Assembly (NCBI GenBank): GCA_021814545.1
Contig: JAKAID010000001.1
Span: 41,590-105,589, forward strand
DNA length: 64,000 bases
Direction: 5' to 3'
Source: a bacterium
GTDB taxonomy: Bacteria; Patescibacteriota; Minisyncoccia; UBA6257; GWB1-50-10
Under the pieces are notes generated by a model. The model made no database searches. It was given only the letters and a program-made list of their open reading frames with translations, and was not told the DNA's origin. Position numbers and translations under genes: made by a program. Below, in pieces: positions 9,784 to 18,812 of this stretch; positions within the stretch are counted from its first letter, which is position 1; each line of letters opens with the position of its first letter.

Positions 9784-11250
9784 ATGCTGCCGTACGAATA
9801 CTTCTTCTACGGCGGCATCTTTTTTCTCTCGGGCGTGCTTGCGGCAAGTGCCGGCGTGGCGCCCCTTTTTGTTACCATAGGAACGCTTTTTACGTCTGCC
9901 GTGCTTTTTTTGGCGCACTTTTACGGCGTGCATCCTCGCGCTCGGCTTTTTGCGGCGTTAATCCTGCTCGTGGTGGCGGGCTCTTTTTATTATCGCGCGC
10001 ACGATGTGCGTTTTCGTGCGGAACGGATTCCTTTCGGACAGAAATTAGCGTTTACGGGCACGGTTGCGAGCGACCCCGTCGCGAGCAATGGCGAGCAACA
10101 GATGAAACTTTCCGTGACCTCGCCCTTCCGCGCGAGCATACTTCTCATCGCACGGGGTTACCCGCGGCTTGCGTACGGGGATGCAGTGCGCGGTGTGGGC
10201 GCGGTGCAGTCCGTAGGCACCACGAGTTATGCGCGGTATCTCGAGAAGGAGCTTGTGCGTGGCACGATGCGATATCCGAGTATTGCACCGATTGGAGAGC
10301 GGAGGGGCTCGCGCGTCGTTGCGGCACTTTATGCAATAAAGCATAGAATCATGGCAGCGTTCTCAAATGCGCTCCCGCCCGACGAAGCGGTGTTTTTAAG
10401 CGGGCTTACCATCGGTGCGCGCGGCGCATTTCCCGACGAGCTCAAAGATGCAATGAAACGCTCGGGTACCACGCACCTTGTGGCGCTCTCGGGCTATAAC
10501 ATCACCATTCTTGTTGCGGTCGTCTCGTGCATGCTCCTCTCCTTCCTTTCGCGAAGAGCGGCGTTTTTTGTGACCGTTCCCATTATTATCGCCTTCGTTA
10601 CGATGACGGGAGCCGAGGCCTCAGTGGTCCGTGCGGGCGTGATAGGGGTCCTGGCGCTCCTTGCACGCGAGGTGGGGAGGGCACACGATATGCGCAACGT
10701 TATTCTTGCGGCGGGCATTGTGATGGTGCTCGCGAATCCCAAAGTGCTCGCATTCGATATCGGCTTCCAGCTTTCTTTTCTTGCACTTCTCGGGCTTGTG
10801 TATGTAGGCCCCGCGCTTATGAATCTTTTTCATATCGAGGAAGGAGGCAAGGGGCCCCTCTCATGGAAAGAGGGGCTTATTACCGCGCTTGCGGCGCAGC
10901 TCGCGACTTTGCCGCTTCTTGTCGGGAGCTTCGGTGTATTTTCTCCCGTATCGCTCATTTCGAATATCGCCATTCTCGAATTCATCCCGCCCACGATGGG
11001 GCTTGGGTTTTCCGTCGCGCTCGCTTCGCTCGTGTCAGGGACCGTTTCGCTTTTCCTCGGGCTTCTTGCGCACGTGTTTCTGAGGCTCGAATTGTGGCTC
11101 ATCTACTTTTTTGCTCGCATTAGTTTTCCGCTGCATTTCAAGATGAGCGTGGTGCTTGGTGCCGTGTACTACCTCGCGCTCGGCGTTTTTGTGTGGCGGT
11201 ATACTAAGAACCATGGTGGAAGCGCTCTTCGCACTCGTCACGCGAAATAA
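9784..11250 (+). CDS. comEC: ComEC/Rec2 competence membrane protein
   Basis: GTTHLVALSGYN, ASVVRA, GFQLSF; multiple TM helices. Confidence 0.93.
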   Translation: MLPYEYFFYGGIFFLSGVLAASAGVAPLFVTIGTLFTSAVLFLAHFYGVHPRARLFAALILLVVAGSFYYRAHDVRFRAERIPFGQKLAFTGTVASDPVASNGEQQMKLSVTSPFRASILLIARGYPRLAYGDAVRGVGAVQSVGTTSYARYLEKELVRGTMRYPSIAPIGERRGSRVVAALYAIKHRIMAAFSNALPPDEAVFLSGLTIGARGAFPDELKDAMKRSGTTHLVALSGYNITILVAVVSCMLLSFLSRRAAFFVTVPIIIAFVTMTGAEASVVRAGVIGVLALLAREVGRAHDMRNVILAAGIVMVLANPKVLAFDIGFQLSFLALLGLVYVGPALMNLFHIEEGGKGPLSWKEGLITALAAQLATLPLLVGSFGVFSPVSLISNIAILEFIPPTMGLGFSVALASLVSGTVSLFLGLLAHVFLRLELWLIYFFARISFPLHFKMSVVLGAVYYLALGVFVWRYTKNHGGSALRTRHAK

Positions 11251-12094
11251 AAAGACGTTCATCATATTCGCAGGCGCCTTCATGGTGCTCGATGCTATGC
11301 TTTTTGGCTCTATCGCGCGTGCAGCGTACGCGCGCGATTCGCTCACGCTCAATTTTTTGAACGTGGGGCAGGGAGATGCGGAGCTTGTTGGGCTGCCGGG
11401 CGGCGCCACGCTTCTCATCGACGGCGGGCCGGCGCGCGGTAACGTGCTTCACGCGCTCGCGGAAGTGCTTCCCGTGACGCAACGCACTATCGACCTTGTG
11501 GCGCTCACGCATGCGCAAGCGGATCATTTTGCGGGGCTTATCGAGGTGCTTTCGCGGTATCGCGTGGGAGCGTTCCTGTGGACGGGGCGTGCGGGGACGG
11601 GAGTGGCGTATGAGGCGCTTATGCACGCGCTTCAGGAACACCACGTGCTGCTCGTCGTGCTTCGGCGGGGCGACGTTGTACGGAGTGGGAAAGGAATTGT
11701 TCGCGTGGTTTCTCCTGACGCGGCGCTTGCGGCGAGCAGAGACCTTAACGATACTTCACTTGTGCTTCAAGCGGAGTTTGCGAGCACTACCACGCTTTTT
11801 ACGGGCGATATCGGAAAAAGCGCAGAACGGAGTATCGCAAACGCACTTCGGGCGCCTGTCAGTATCTTAAAAGTGCCGCACCACGGCTCGAAGGGTTCGG
11901 TATCTGCGGCATTCACGGACGTGCTGCGGCCCGCGCTTGCGGTAGTTGAGGTGGGGAAGAATTCCTACGGACACCCTTCGCCCGAGGCGCTTGCCGACCT
12001 TGCGCGGGTTGGCGCGCGCGTATTCCGCACAGACGAGGATGGCACCATCACCGTGCGCATCGACGAGGCGGGGCGCGCGCATATTACAAAATAA
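11213..12094 (+). CDS. ComEC-type metallo-beta-lactamase domain as a separate ORF
   Basis: VGQGDA, THAQADH, FTGD, KVPHHGS, YGHP; overlaps comEC. Confidence 0.9.
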   Translation: MVEALFALVTRNKKTFIIFAGAFMVLDAMLFGSIARAAYARDSLTLNFLNVGQGDAELVGLPGGATLLIDGGPARGNVLHALAEVLPVTQRTIDLVALTHAQADHFAGLIEVLSRYRVGAFLWTGRAGTGVAYEALMHALQEHHVLLVVLRRGDVVRSGKGIVRVVSPDAALAASRDLNDTSLVLQAEFASTTTLFTGDIGKSAERSIANALRAPVSILKVPHHGSKGSVSAAFTDVLRPALAVVEVGKNSYGHPSPEALADLARVGARVFRTDEDGTITVRIDEAGRAHITK

Positions 12095-12140
12095 CGAACC
12101 CTTGGAAGCCAGAGGAAATGTGTGATATCATTTTTTTGCT

Positions 12141-13538
12141 ATGAGAACACTTACGCGGGATATCGGGGCGCACGAGGGGAAGGAGGTGACCCTAATGGGT
12201 TGGGTGGATGTGCGGCGCGACCACGGGAAGCTCATTTTTATCGATATCCGCGACTGGACCGGTTTGGCCCAGGTCGTGTTCATTCCGAAGAATAAAGAAC
12301 TCCACGAGAAGGCGAGCGAGCTTCGCTCCGAATGGGTCATCAAGCTTACCGGCACGGTGCAGCGTCGCCCCAAGGGACTTGAGAACCCGAAGATGGCGAG
12401 CGGCTCCTATGAGGTAACCGCAACCGGGCTTGAGGTGTCCGCGAAGGCCGTGACGCCGCCGCTTGATGTGAGCTCGAATGGGCTCGATATCAGCGAAGAG
12501 GTGCGCATGAAGTACCGCTATCTTGACCTCCGGCGTCCGCGCATGCAGAAGAACCTCCGCAACCGCGCAAGGGTGTTCCGGTTCATTCGCAACCATCTCG
12601 CGAGCAAGAATTTCGTCGAGATAGAGACCCCCATTCTTTCGAAATCGACACCGGAAGGTGCCCGCGACTTTTTAGTACCTTCGCGCATCCACGAGGGCAA
12701 GTTCTACGCCTTGCCGCAGTCGCCCCAGCAGTACAAGCAGCTTTTTATGGTTGCGGGGATGGATCGCTATTATCAGTTCGCGCGGTGCTTGCGCGATGAG
12801 GATTCGCGCGGTGATCGCCAGCCGGAATTTACGCAGCTCGATATGGAGATGAGCTTCGTGACTCGTGAGGATGTGATGGCGGTGAACGAGGAGCTTCTTA
12901 TAACGACAGTGAGGGAAATGTATCCGGAGAAGAAAATTCAGGAGATACCGTTCCCGCGCATTACCTATAAGGAGGCAATGGAAAAGTATGGCACGGACAG
13001 GCCTGACATTCGCAAGGACAAGAACGACCCGAACCTGCTCGCGTTCTGCTGGGTCATCGATTTCCCGTTTTTCGAAAAGACCGAGGAAGGCGGATGGACC
13101 TTCACTCACAACCCGTTCTCGGCACCGAAGCCGGAACACATGGAAGACCTTTTGGCGCAGCGCAACATTGCGAATATTTTGACGACGCAGTACGATATTG
13201 CGCTGAACGGTTTCGAAGTGGGCGGTGGGAGCATCCGTAACCATACCTCGGCGGGATTAAAGGCGGTCTTCAATATTATGGGGTTCGAAGATGAGCGCAT
13301 TATGCGCAATTTCGGACACATGCTCGAGGCGTTCGATTTCGGCGCGCCCCCGCATGGCGGTATCGCGTGGGGTATCGACCGCTTCATGATGCTTATGGAG
13401 GGCGAGGCGAACATTCGCGAGGTCATTGCCTTTCCGAAGACGGGCGACGGAAGCGACCTTATGATGGATGGCCCCTCAGAAGTATCGCCGGAGCAGCTGC
13501 GTGACCTGCATATCAAAATCGTAGAAAAGAAAAAATAA
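12141..13538 (+). CDS. aspS: aspartate--tRNA ligase (no GAD insertion)
   Basis: RRDHG, PEGARDF, PQSPQ, RQPEFTQ, PPHGG. Confidence 0.96.
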   Translation: MRTLTRDIGAHEGKEVTLMGWVDVRRDHGKLIFIDIRDWTGLAQVVFIPKNKELHEKASELRSEWVIKLTGTVQRRPKGLENPKMASGSYEVTATGLEVSAKAVTPPLDVSSNGLDISEEVRMKYRYLDLRRPRMQKNLRNRARVFRFIRNHLASKNFVEIETPILSKSTPEGARDFLVPSRIHEGKFYALPQSPQQYKQLFMVAGMDRYYQFARCLRDEDSRGDRQPEFTQLDMEMSFVTREDVMAVNEELLITTVREMYPEKKIQEIPFPRITYKEAMEKYGTDRPDIRKDKNDPNLLAFCWVIDFPFFEKTEEGGWTFTHNPFSAPKPEHMEDLLAQRNIANILTTQYDIALNGFEVGGGSIRNHTSAGLKAVFNIMGFEDERIMRNFGHMLEAFDFGAPPHGGIAWGIDRFMMLMEGEANIREVIAFPKTGDGSDLMMDGPSEVSPEQLRDLHIKIVEKKK

Positions 13539-13540
13539 CT

Positions 13541-14146
13541 ATGGCACATCAAAAAGAACAGCGGACATTTGCGCTCATCAAGCCCGATGGCGTACAGAGG
13601 AGCCTTATCGGGGAAATTATCAGCCGTTTCGAGCGGACAGGTTTGAAGTTCGTTGCGTTTAAGTTTTTGGTACCGACGCGCGAGCAGTGCTTCGCGCATT
13701 ATGCGAAGGACGACGCGTGGTGTGTAAAAGTGGGCGAGCGCACCATCACAGGGAAGAAAGAGAAGGGGTTACCCGTTGAAAAATCCGCGCTTGAATACGG
13801 CAGGGACATTCTGGAGGGCAATGTGAGGTTTCTCACATCCGGCCCCGTGCTCGCGATGTGTCTTGAGGGCAATCAGGCGGTGGGTATCGTGAAGAAGTTG
13901 GTGGGAGGCACCGAGCCGCTCACATCCGACGTTGGCACCATCCGCGCAGACCTCACCATCGATTCATATGAGATCGCGAACGCCGATGACCGCTGTGTAC
14001 GCAACTTAATCCACTGCTCGGACGAGCCGAAGGAAGCGGAACGGGAATTGAAGATATGGTTTAAGGATGGGGAGCTTATTTCGTACCACCACATCAACGA
14101 GGTAACGCTCTACGATGTGGACCTCGGCCACATTCTTGGGAAGTAA
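13541..14146 (+). CDS. ndk: nucleoside-diphosphate kinase
   Basis: IKPDG, GTIRAD, NLIHCSD. Confidence 0.93.
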   Translation: MAHQKEQRTFALIKPDGVQRSLIGEIISRFERTGLKFVAFKFLVPTREQCFAHYAKDDAWCVKVGERTITGKKEKGLPVEKSALEYGRDILEGNVRFLTSGPVLAMCLEGNQAVGIVKKLVGGTEPLTSDVGTIRADLTIDSYEIANADDRCVRNLIHCSDEPKEAERELKIWFKDGELISYHHINEVTLYDVDLGHILGK

Positions 14147-14147
14147 C

Positions 14148-14180
14148 AAAGAAAACCCGCATTATATGCGGTTTTCTTTA
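14148..14180 (+). terminator. intrinsic terminator
   Basis: aagaaaac-cgcat/atgcg-gttttctt hairpin after ndk. Confidence 0.65.
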
Positions 14181-14213
14181 TGAGTATTATCCACTGTTTT
14201 GTTGTGCCGCGAA

Positions 14214-14222
14214 TGCTATACT
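14214..14222 (+). promoter_or_regulatory. extended -10 promoter TGcTATACT
   Basis: 6 nt before the start of the structured RNA. Confidence 0.65.
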
Positions 14223-14228
14223 GTAATT

Positions 14229-14371
14229 GAATCCTGCTCTTAGATTTCGGCTCAAATGAATTCTACAGGGATTCCACATTGCGCAGTACCGCTGGTTCGT
14301 CCGGGGTTCCTGCGCAGAGGAAACCCACTTAGCTTCAAGCCGGAGAATTCACCAGAGCGGGATTCGTTTTT
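14229..14371 (+). ncRNA. 6S RNA-like rod-shaped ncRNA (candidate)
   Basis: 12-bp closing stem gaatcctgctct/agagcgggattc, central bubble, inner stems, own promoter and U-tract; identity inferred. Confidence 0.55.
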
Positions 14372-14502
14372 ATTTACGAGCGCTGGCGTGAAGGGGAATG
14401 TTGTGGTTAAATCTAAGGCGGAGACGGGCTGTACGCGCTCCGCGCGTCATCCCATCGCTCGGACAAAATGAATACGAAGCGCATTCATTTTGCTCCTTCG
14501 CT

Positions 14503-14573
14503 CGGGCTGTAGTATACCGGTAGTACGCATGCATGGGGTGCATGTAGACCGGGTTCGATTCCCGGCAGCCCGA
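14503..14573 (+). tRNA. tRNA-Pro(GGG)
   Basis: acceptor CGGGCTG/CAGCCCG, anticodon arm CATGC-ATGGGGT-GCATG, GGTTCGATTCC; CCA not encoded. Confidence 0.95.
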
Positions 14574-14589
14574 CAAAGAGTTAAGACGA

Positions 14590-14678
14590 CCGCAACAAAA
14601 AGACCTTCTTCAACCCGCTCACGCCCCGTAGGCGGGGCTGCGCTTCCGTTTAGGTTTCAGAAAATCTTTTTGTTGCGG
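14590..14678. repeat. palindromic element, AACCCGCTCACGC family, copy 1
   Basis: 14-bp perfect outer IR ccgcaacaaaaaga/tctttttgttgcgg; inner hairpin gccccg/cggggc. Confidence 0.85.
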
Positions 14679-14774
14679 ATACCGGTGGAAAGATTTTACG
14701 ATTTGCATTCGCGGGTATTTTTGTTAGCGTTATTGTAGAACTTGAACACATTATCGAGAAAGGAGGTCGGAGCG

Positions 14775-15401
14775 ATGAGGTATGTTACGGGAATTCCCGG
14801 ACAATTCGTGCTGTTTCCCAAGGAACCTGTCAGTTGTTCGCCCGAGCAGTTCTTCTCCGTGCTCCCCAAGCTTGGCGAAGAGCGCTTTGCGGTGACTGTG
14901 TGGTGCGAATCAGAGGCAGAGATAGAGGATTTCTTTTTCCGCGCCCTCATTTTCGGCGCGCGCATCCTCTCGCTCTACTTCGGCAGGAACCTTGCGCGCG
15001 CATTCGTGAAGTCTGGCGGGACGGGCAGATGCATGGCGTGCGGGAAGCCCTCGCGGCATTTCCGCGAATGCAGCTGCGGCACGTTCGAGTGGTGCGCCGC
15101 GTGCGAGGAAGCGGGCGTGCTGGTGTTCTGGAAGCGACTCGGCGACAAGGCGTCGCTTTCCGCGATTTACTGGGACCACGCGGACCACATGTGCGACCCC
15201 GAGTGTTGCGCGCGCGGTCATACGCTACCGCACGCTACCCGCACCGAGCTTGAGGCAATGGTGCCGAGGATCGAGACAGCCATCACCGACCTCGACGAAA
15301 AGAGCGTTGGAGGTTTCTCGGTTGCGGTGCGTGCGCGGACGCCCGGGGAGCGCGCGGAAGACCTCGCATGTCTTCTCGAAACGCATCACGTCACCGGATG
15401 A
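14775..15401 (+). CDS. Cys/His-rich hypothetical protein, probable Zn-binding
   Basis: SD AAGGAGGT; CxxC, CxC, CxxC, HxxHxC..CC. Confidence 0.7.
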   Translation: MRYVTGIPGQFVLFPKEPVSCSPEQFFSVLPKLGEERFAVTVWCESEAEIEDFFFRALIFGARILSLYFGRNLARAFVKSGGTGRCMACGKPSRHFRECSCGTFEWCAACEEAGVLVFWKRLGDKASLSAIYWDHADHMCDPECCARGHTLPHATRTELEAMVPRIETAITDLDEKSVGGFSVAVRARTPGERAEDLACLLETHHVTG

Positions 15402-15542
15402 ATTAAATGATAGCCGCCCCGTTTCCCACGGGGCTTTTTCTTGAGTTTGATTTTTTTTCTGATTTAGGAATAGTATGGCGATAGTATTCGGCACGGATAA
15501 AATCGTTCGTGGCGAACTTTCCAACTGAATAAGGAGGAGCAC

Positions 15543-16376
15543 ATGGCAAGGAAAACGTTCCGTGAAATGCTCGAGGATCGGTGGGGCAGGGAAAACTTCG
15601 TCTGCGTGGGGCTCGACCCGGTGTACGAAAAGCTTCCGAAGGCGGTGTGCGACCCCGGCAACATGGCGACCTCGATCATGAACTTCAACGCGCGCATCGT
15701 GGATGCCACGAAGGACCTTGTGTGCGCCTATAAGCCAAACAGCGCATTCTACGAGGCGCTCGGCAAGCTGGGCATGTACGCGCTCCGCGAGACCGTGGCG
15801 CACATCCGCGAAGCGGCGCCGGACGTGCCCGTCATCCTCGATGCGAAGCGCGGGGATATCGGCAACACGAACGAGGGGTATGTGCGTGCCGCGTTCGACT
15901 ACTTCGAGGCGGATGCCATTACCGTGAACCCCTACCTTGGCGCCGAGGCGCTCCAACCTTTTCTCGACAAGCGGGAGAAGGGTATCTTCGTGCTCTGCCG
16001 CACTTCGAACCCCGGTGCGGGCGAGCTCCAGGACCTGCAGATCGCCGAGGACCCGCTCTACCTCCACGTTGCGCGCCATGTGGCGCGGAAGTGGAACAAG
16101 TGGGGGAATTGCGCGCTCGTTGTGGGGGCGACCTGCCCGGACGAGCTCGCTGAGGTGCGGCGCGAGGTGGGTGACTTGCCCATTCTCATTCCCGGTATCG
16201 GAGCGCAAGGCGGGGAGCTTGAGAAGACGGTCCGCGCCGGTCGGGATTCGCGCCGCCGTGGGATGCTCGTGAACTCCTCGCGCGGCGTGCTCTATGCCTC
16301 GCGCGGCGAGGATTACGCCGCCGCCGCACGCCACGAGGTGGAGAAGCTTCGGAGCGCGGTGAACGCGTGCCGATAG
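15543..16376 (+). CDS. pyrF: orotidine-5'-phosphate decarboxylase (type 2)
   Basis: CVGLDP, YKPN, DAKRGDIGNT, PGIGAQGG, NSSR. Confidence 0.96.
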   Translation: MARKTFREMLEDRWGRENFVCVGLDPVYEKLPKAVCDPGNMATSIMNFNARIVDATKDLVCAYKPNSAFYEALGKLGMYALRETVAHIREAAPDVPVILDAKRGDIGNTNEGYVRAAFDYFEADAITVNPYLGAEALQPFLDKREKGIFVLCRTSNPGAGELQDLQIAEDPLYLHVARHVARKWNKWGNCALVVGATCPDELAEVRREVGDLPILIPGIGAQGGELEKTVRAGRDSRRRGMLVNSSRGVLYASRGEDYAAAARHEVEKLRSAVNACR

Positions 16377-16390
16377 CTCGTGCGTATTAC

Positions 16391-16430
16391 AAAACCGCCT
16401 GTCCGGTTAGGGACAGGCGGTTTTTCTTTT
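16391..16430. terminator. bidirectional terminator
   Basis: aaaaccgcctgtcc/ggacaggcggtttt. Confidence 0.8.
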
Positions 16431-16433
16431 GGG

Positions 16434-16622
16434 CTATTTCGCTCGGCTCAAGGTCTTCAAACACTTTACGCAGACATACGAGCGCTTGCCGGGAACCAAA
16501 AGGTTGGTCCATTGGAGATTCGCACGCTTTTTAGTCCACGTCGTGGGGTTGTGCTTACCGCGAAGGAGTTTTCGCGTGCCACCCATCTTTGCGCTTTTTT
16601 CACATCGCTCGCATTTCCTCAT
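16434..16622 (-). CDS. rpmB: 50S ribosomal protein L28
   Basis: CERC...ANLQ...CVKCLK. Confidence 0.88.
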   Translation of the reverse strand: MRKCERCEKSAKMGGTRKLLRGKHNPTTWTKKRANLQWTNLLVPGKRSYVCVKCLKTLSRAK

Positions 16623-16672
16623 AGTGAGAAGATTGTATCATTTTCCCCCGTATTGTAAAGGGGGGTTCATTC

Positions 16673-16769
16673 GCAGCCGCAAAACGAATTTCCCCTCAAC
16701 CCGCTCACGCTCCGTTAAAACGGAGCTTCGCTTCAGTTTGGGTTTCGGGGAAATTGTTTTGCTGGCTGC
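16673..16769. repeat. palindromic element, AACCCGCTCACGC family, copy 2
   Basis: outer IR gcagccgcaaaac..aatttcccc/ggggaaatt..gttttgc.ggctgc; same loop sequences as copy 1. Confidence 0.85.
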
Positions 16770-16800
16770 TCAATATCAGCGTTTAGGATAAACAGTGGAG

Positions 16801-17427
16801 TTAGCCGATGACCGTTTCCTTGTACGTTTTCTTGGAGAAATCGAATTCGTAGAAGATAAGCGCATCGCCACTGCCCACCTGGAGGATGAGCGTGTTGCGG
16901 TCTGTGCCGGGGGCGAAGTTTACACGGCCGGTGACCGAGCTCTTCGGCGGCATCGATTGGAAAAGGCCGTCCACACTCGCCGGAGGCACGTTGTCGCCCG
17001 TGAGGTTCACAATAGCGAAGAGCTGGCTCATATCAATGGCGGTATAGGAGCTTGCATTCGAGGTAAAGGCCTTTACCGCTACCTGGATTGTGCCGTCATC
17101 AAGTTTTGTGACGCTCTCCACCTCAATGGTGGTCGTCGCCTGCGGGGCGAGCTTGGGGCTTGAGCGCGCATCAAAAATGATGGCGGTTGGAATGGTGATG
17201 CCCGCAGAAGCAGTAGACGTGGCAGCGGGTGCGGCGCTTGGGGTTTCCGTCGCCGCGGGCGGCGTGGTTACGGCGGGGGCCGTGTTCTTTTGCAGCTGGA
17301 GCGAGAGTTCAAGGTTCTTTACCTCAGTCGAAAGCGAGGAGATTTTGTCGAACATGAGATAGAACCCGAACATAGTGCCCAAGACCACAATCAGAAGACC
17401 GATATAGACGAGCTTGTCATTTTCCAT
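16801..17427 (-). CDS. membrane-anchored hypothetical protein
   Basis: N-terminal TM helix, Ala/Thr/Pro linker, beta-rich domain. Confidence 0.75.
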   Translation of the reverse strand: MENDKLVYIGLLIVVLGTMFGFYLMFDKISSLSTEVKNLELSLQLQKNTAPAVTTPPAATETPSAAPAATSTASAGITIPTAIIFDARSSPKLAPQATTTIEVESVTKLDDGTIQVAVKAFTSNASSYTAIDMSQLFAIVNLTGDNVPPASVDGLFQSMPPKSSVTGRVNFAPGTDRNTLILQVGSGDALIFYEFDFSKKTYKETVIG

Positions 17428-17499
17428 ATAGTTCAATTATACCTTGTGCGAAGGTGAGGACGTGGGGACAACAGAGTGCTATAGTGGTAGACGAACGAA

Positions 17500-18120
17500 A
17501 TGGATATTACGCTTTTTATTTTTCAGCTCATCGTGCTTGTGTTCTCGGTCGTGGTACATGAGATATCGCATGGGTTTGTGGCGGAGCAATTGGGCGACCC
17601 GACCGCGCGGCGCGCAGGAAGGCTTACGCTGAATCCCGTGAATCACATCGACCCCGTAGGCTCGGTCATTTTGCCACTGCTTATGGCGATTGCGGGCGGT
17701 GTGGTGTTCGGGTGGGCAAAGCCGGTACCGGTCAATCCGCGTTACTTTAAAAACCCCGAGCGGGATTATGCGCTCGTTTCGGCGGCGGGACCCATAAGCA
17801 ATCTTACGCTCGCTGCCGCGTTCGCAATATTATTCCGCGCATTGCCCTTTGTTGTAGCGGGGGAGGCAGCCTCCGCATTGCAGAATTTTTTCAGCATCAT
17901 CGTCATTACGAACGTCTCGCTCGCGATCTTTAACCTTGTGCCCATTCCTCCGCTTGATGGCTCGGGGGTGCTCTTGGCGCTCCTGCCGCGCTCGGCAATG
18001 GGCGCGCGCATATTCCTTGAGCGGTACGGATTTATTATTTTCCTCGTGTTTGTCTTTTTCGGGCTCTCGTTCATTGGGCCCATCATAGAATTCGTCGCAC
18101 GAACGATGCTCGGAATGTAG
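17500..18120 (+). CDS. site-2 protease family (M50) peptidase
   Basis: HEISH, AGP, FNLVPIPPLDG. Confidence 0.93.
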   Translation: MDITLFIFQLIVLVFSVVVHEISHGFVAEQLGDPTARRAGRLTLNPVNHIDPVGSVILPLLMAIAGGVVFGWAKPVPVNPRYFKNPERDYALVSAAGPISNLTLAAAFAILFRALPFVVAGEAASALQNFFSIIVITNVSLAIFNLVPIPPLDGSGVLLALLPRSAMGARIFLERYGFIIFLVFVFFGLSFIGPIIEFVARTMLGM

Positions 18121-18156
18121 AGATTTTTTAAGTTTTTGTGCATTCAAAAATTGAAC

Positions 18157-18328
18157 GCAAACAAGAAGACCCCCTCGGAACCCGCTCACGCCATGCAGTC
18201 CCCGAAGCGCTCGCCCGACACTCTTGAGCTCGAGGGTGTCTCCGGGGCGACGCCCAAGTCTTACCCTCTCGCCAAGAGTGTCGGGGCTCGCTATGCGACT
18301 GTAGGTTTCGATAAGCCTTCTTATTTGC
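18157..18328. repeat. nested palindromic element, copy 3
   Basis: AACCCGCTCACGC..GGTTTC frame enclosing a 13-bp IR cccgacactcttg/caagagtgtcggg, which encloses the core shared with mnmA. Confidence 0.85.
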
Positions 18329-18350
18329 TCCTTGCCTCGAGGATACGGGG

Positions 18351-18379
18351 TTGACGTTTTTCTGTGTTGCCCCTATACT
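18351..18379 (+). promoter_or_regulatory. str operon promoter TTGACG-17-TATACT
   Basis: near-consensus boxes. Confidence 0.8.
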
Positions 18380-18395
18380 AATCCCTGTTTAACCG

Positions 18396-18809
18396 ATGCC
18401 GACCATTCGACAACTCATCAAGAACGGGCGCAAGACCAAAAAGGGCAAGGACAAGACTCCTGGCCTCGGTTATTATTTCAACTATTTACAGAATCGCCGC
18501 GTGAACTCGGCGTCGCCTTTCAAGCGCGGCGTGTGTCTCAAGGTGTTCACTACGACTCCAAAGAAGCCGAACTCGGCACTTCGCAAGGTGGCGCGTGTGC
18601 GTTTGACGAACGGCATGGAAGTCACCGCGTACATTCCGGGCGAGGGTCACAACCTCCAGGAACACTCGGTGGTGGTCATCCGCGGCGGCCGCGTGAAAGA
18701 CCTTCCCGGTGTCCGTTACCACATTGTGCGCGGGGTGCTCGATACGGCGGGTGTAGACCGCAATCAGCAGAGGTCCAAGTACGGTGCGAAGAAAAAGAAG
18801 AAGAGCTAA
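18396..18809 (+). CDS. rpsL: 30S ribosomal protein S12
   Basis: [22 protein letters not shown]. Confidence 0.99.
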   Translation: MPTIRQLIKNGRKTKKGKDKTPGLGYYFNYLQNRRVNSASPFKRGVCLKVFTTTPKKPNSALRKVARVRLTNGMEVTAYIPGEGHNLQEHSVVVIRGGRVKDLPGVRYHIVRGVLDTAGVDRNQQRSKYGAKKKKKS

Positions 18810-18812
18810 TCC

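Noticed and set aside
14187-14195. DnaA-box-like TTATCCACT (oriC?)
   Set aside because: Single imperfect box, no cluster and no dnaA nearby.
14229-14460. RNase P, SRP RNA or tmRNA identity
   Set aside because: Lacks GAGGAAAGUCC and the 3' P4 strand, the SRP domain IV motif, and tRNA-like ends.
14590-18328. CRISPR array interpretation of the AACCCGCTCACGC repeats
   Set aside because: Copies are 1.5-2 kb apart with genes between them; no regular spacers or cas genes.
18136-18354. 72-aa ORF sharing VSGATPKSY with MnmA
   Set aside because: It is a translation of the palindromic element with a GTG start and no initiation signals.
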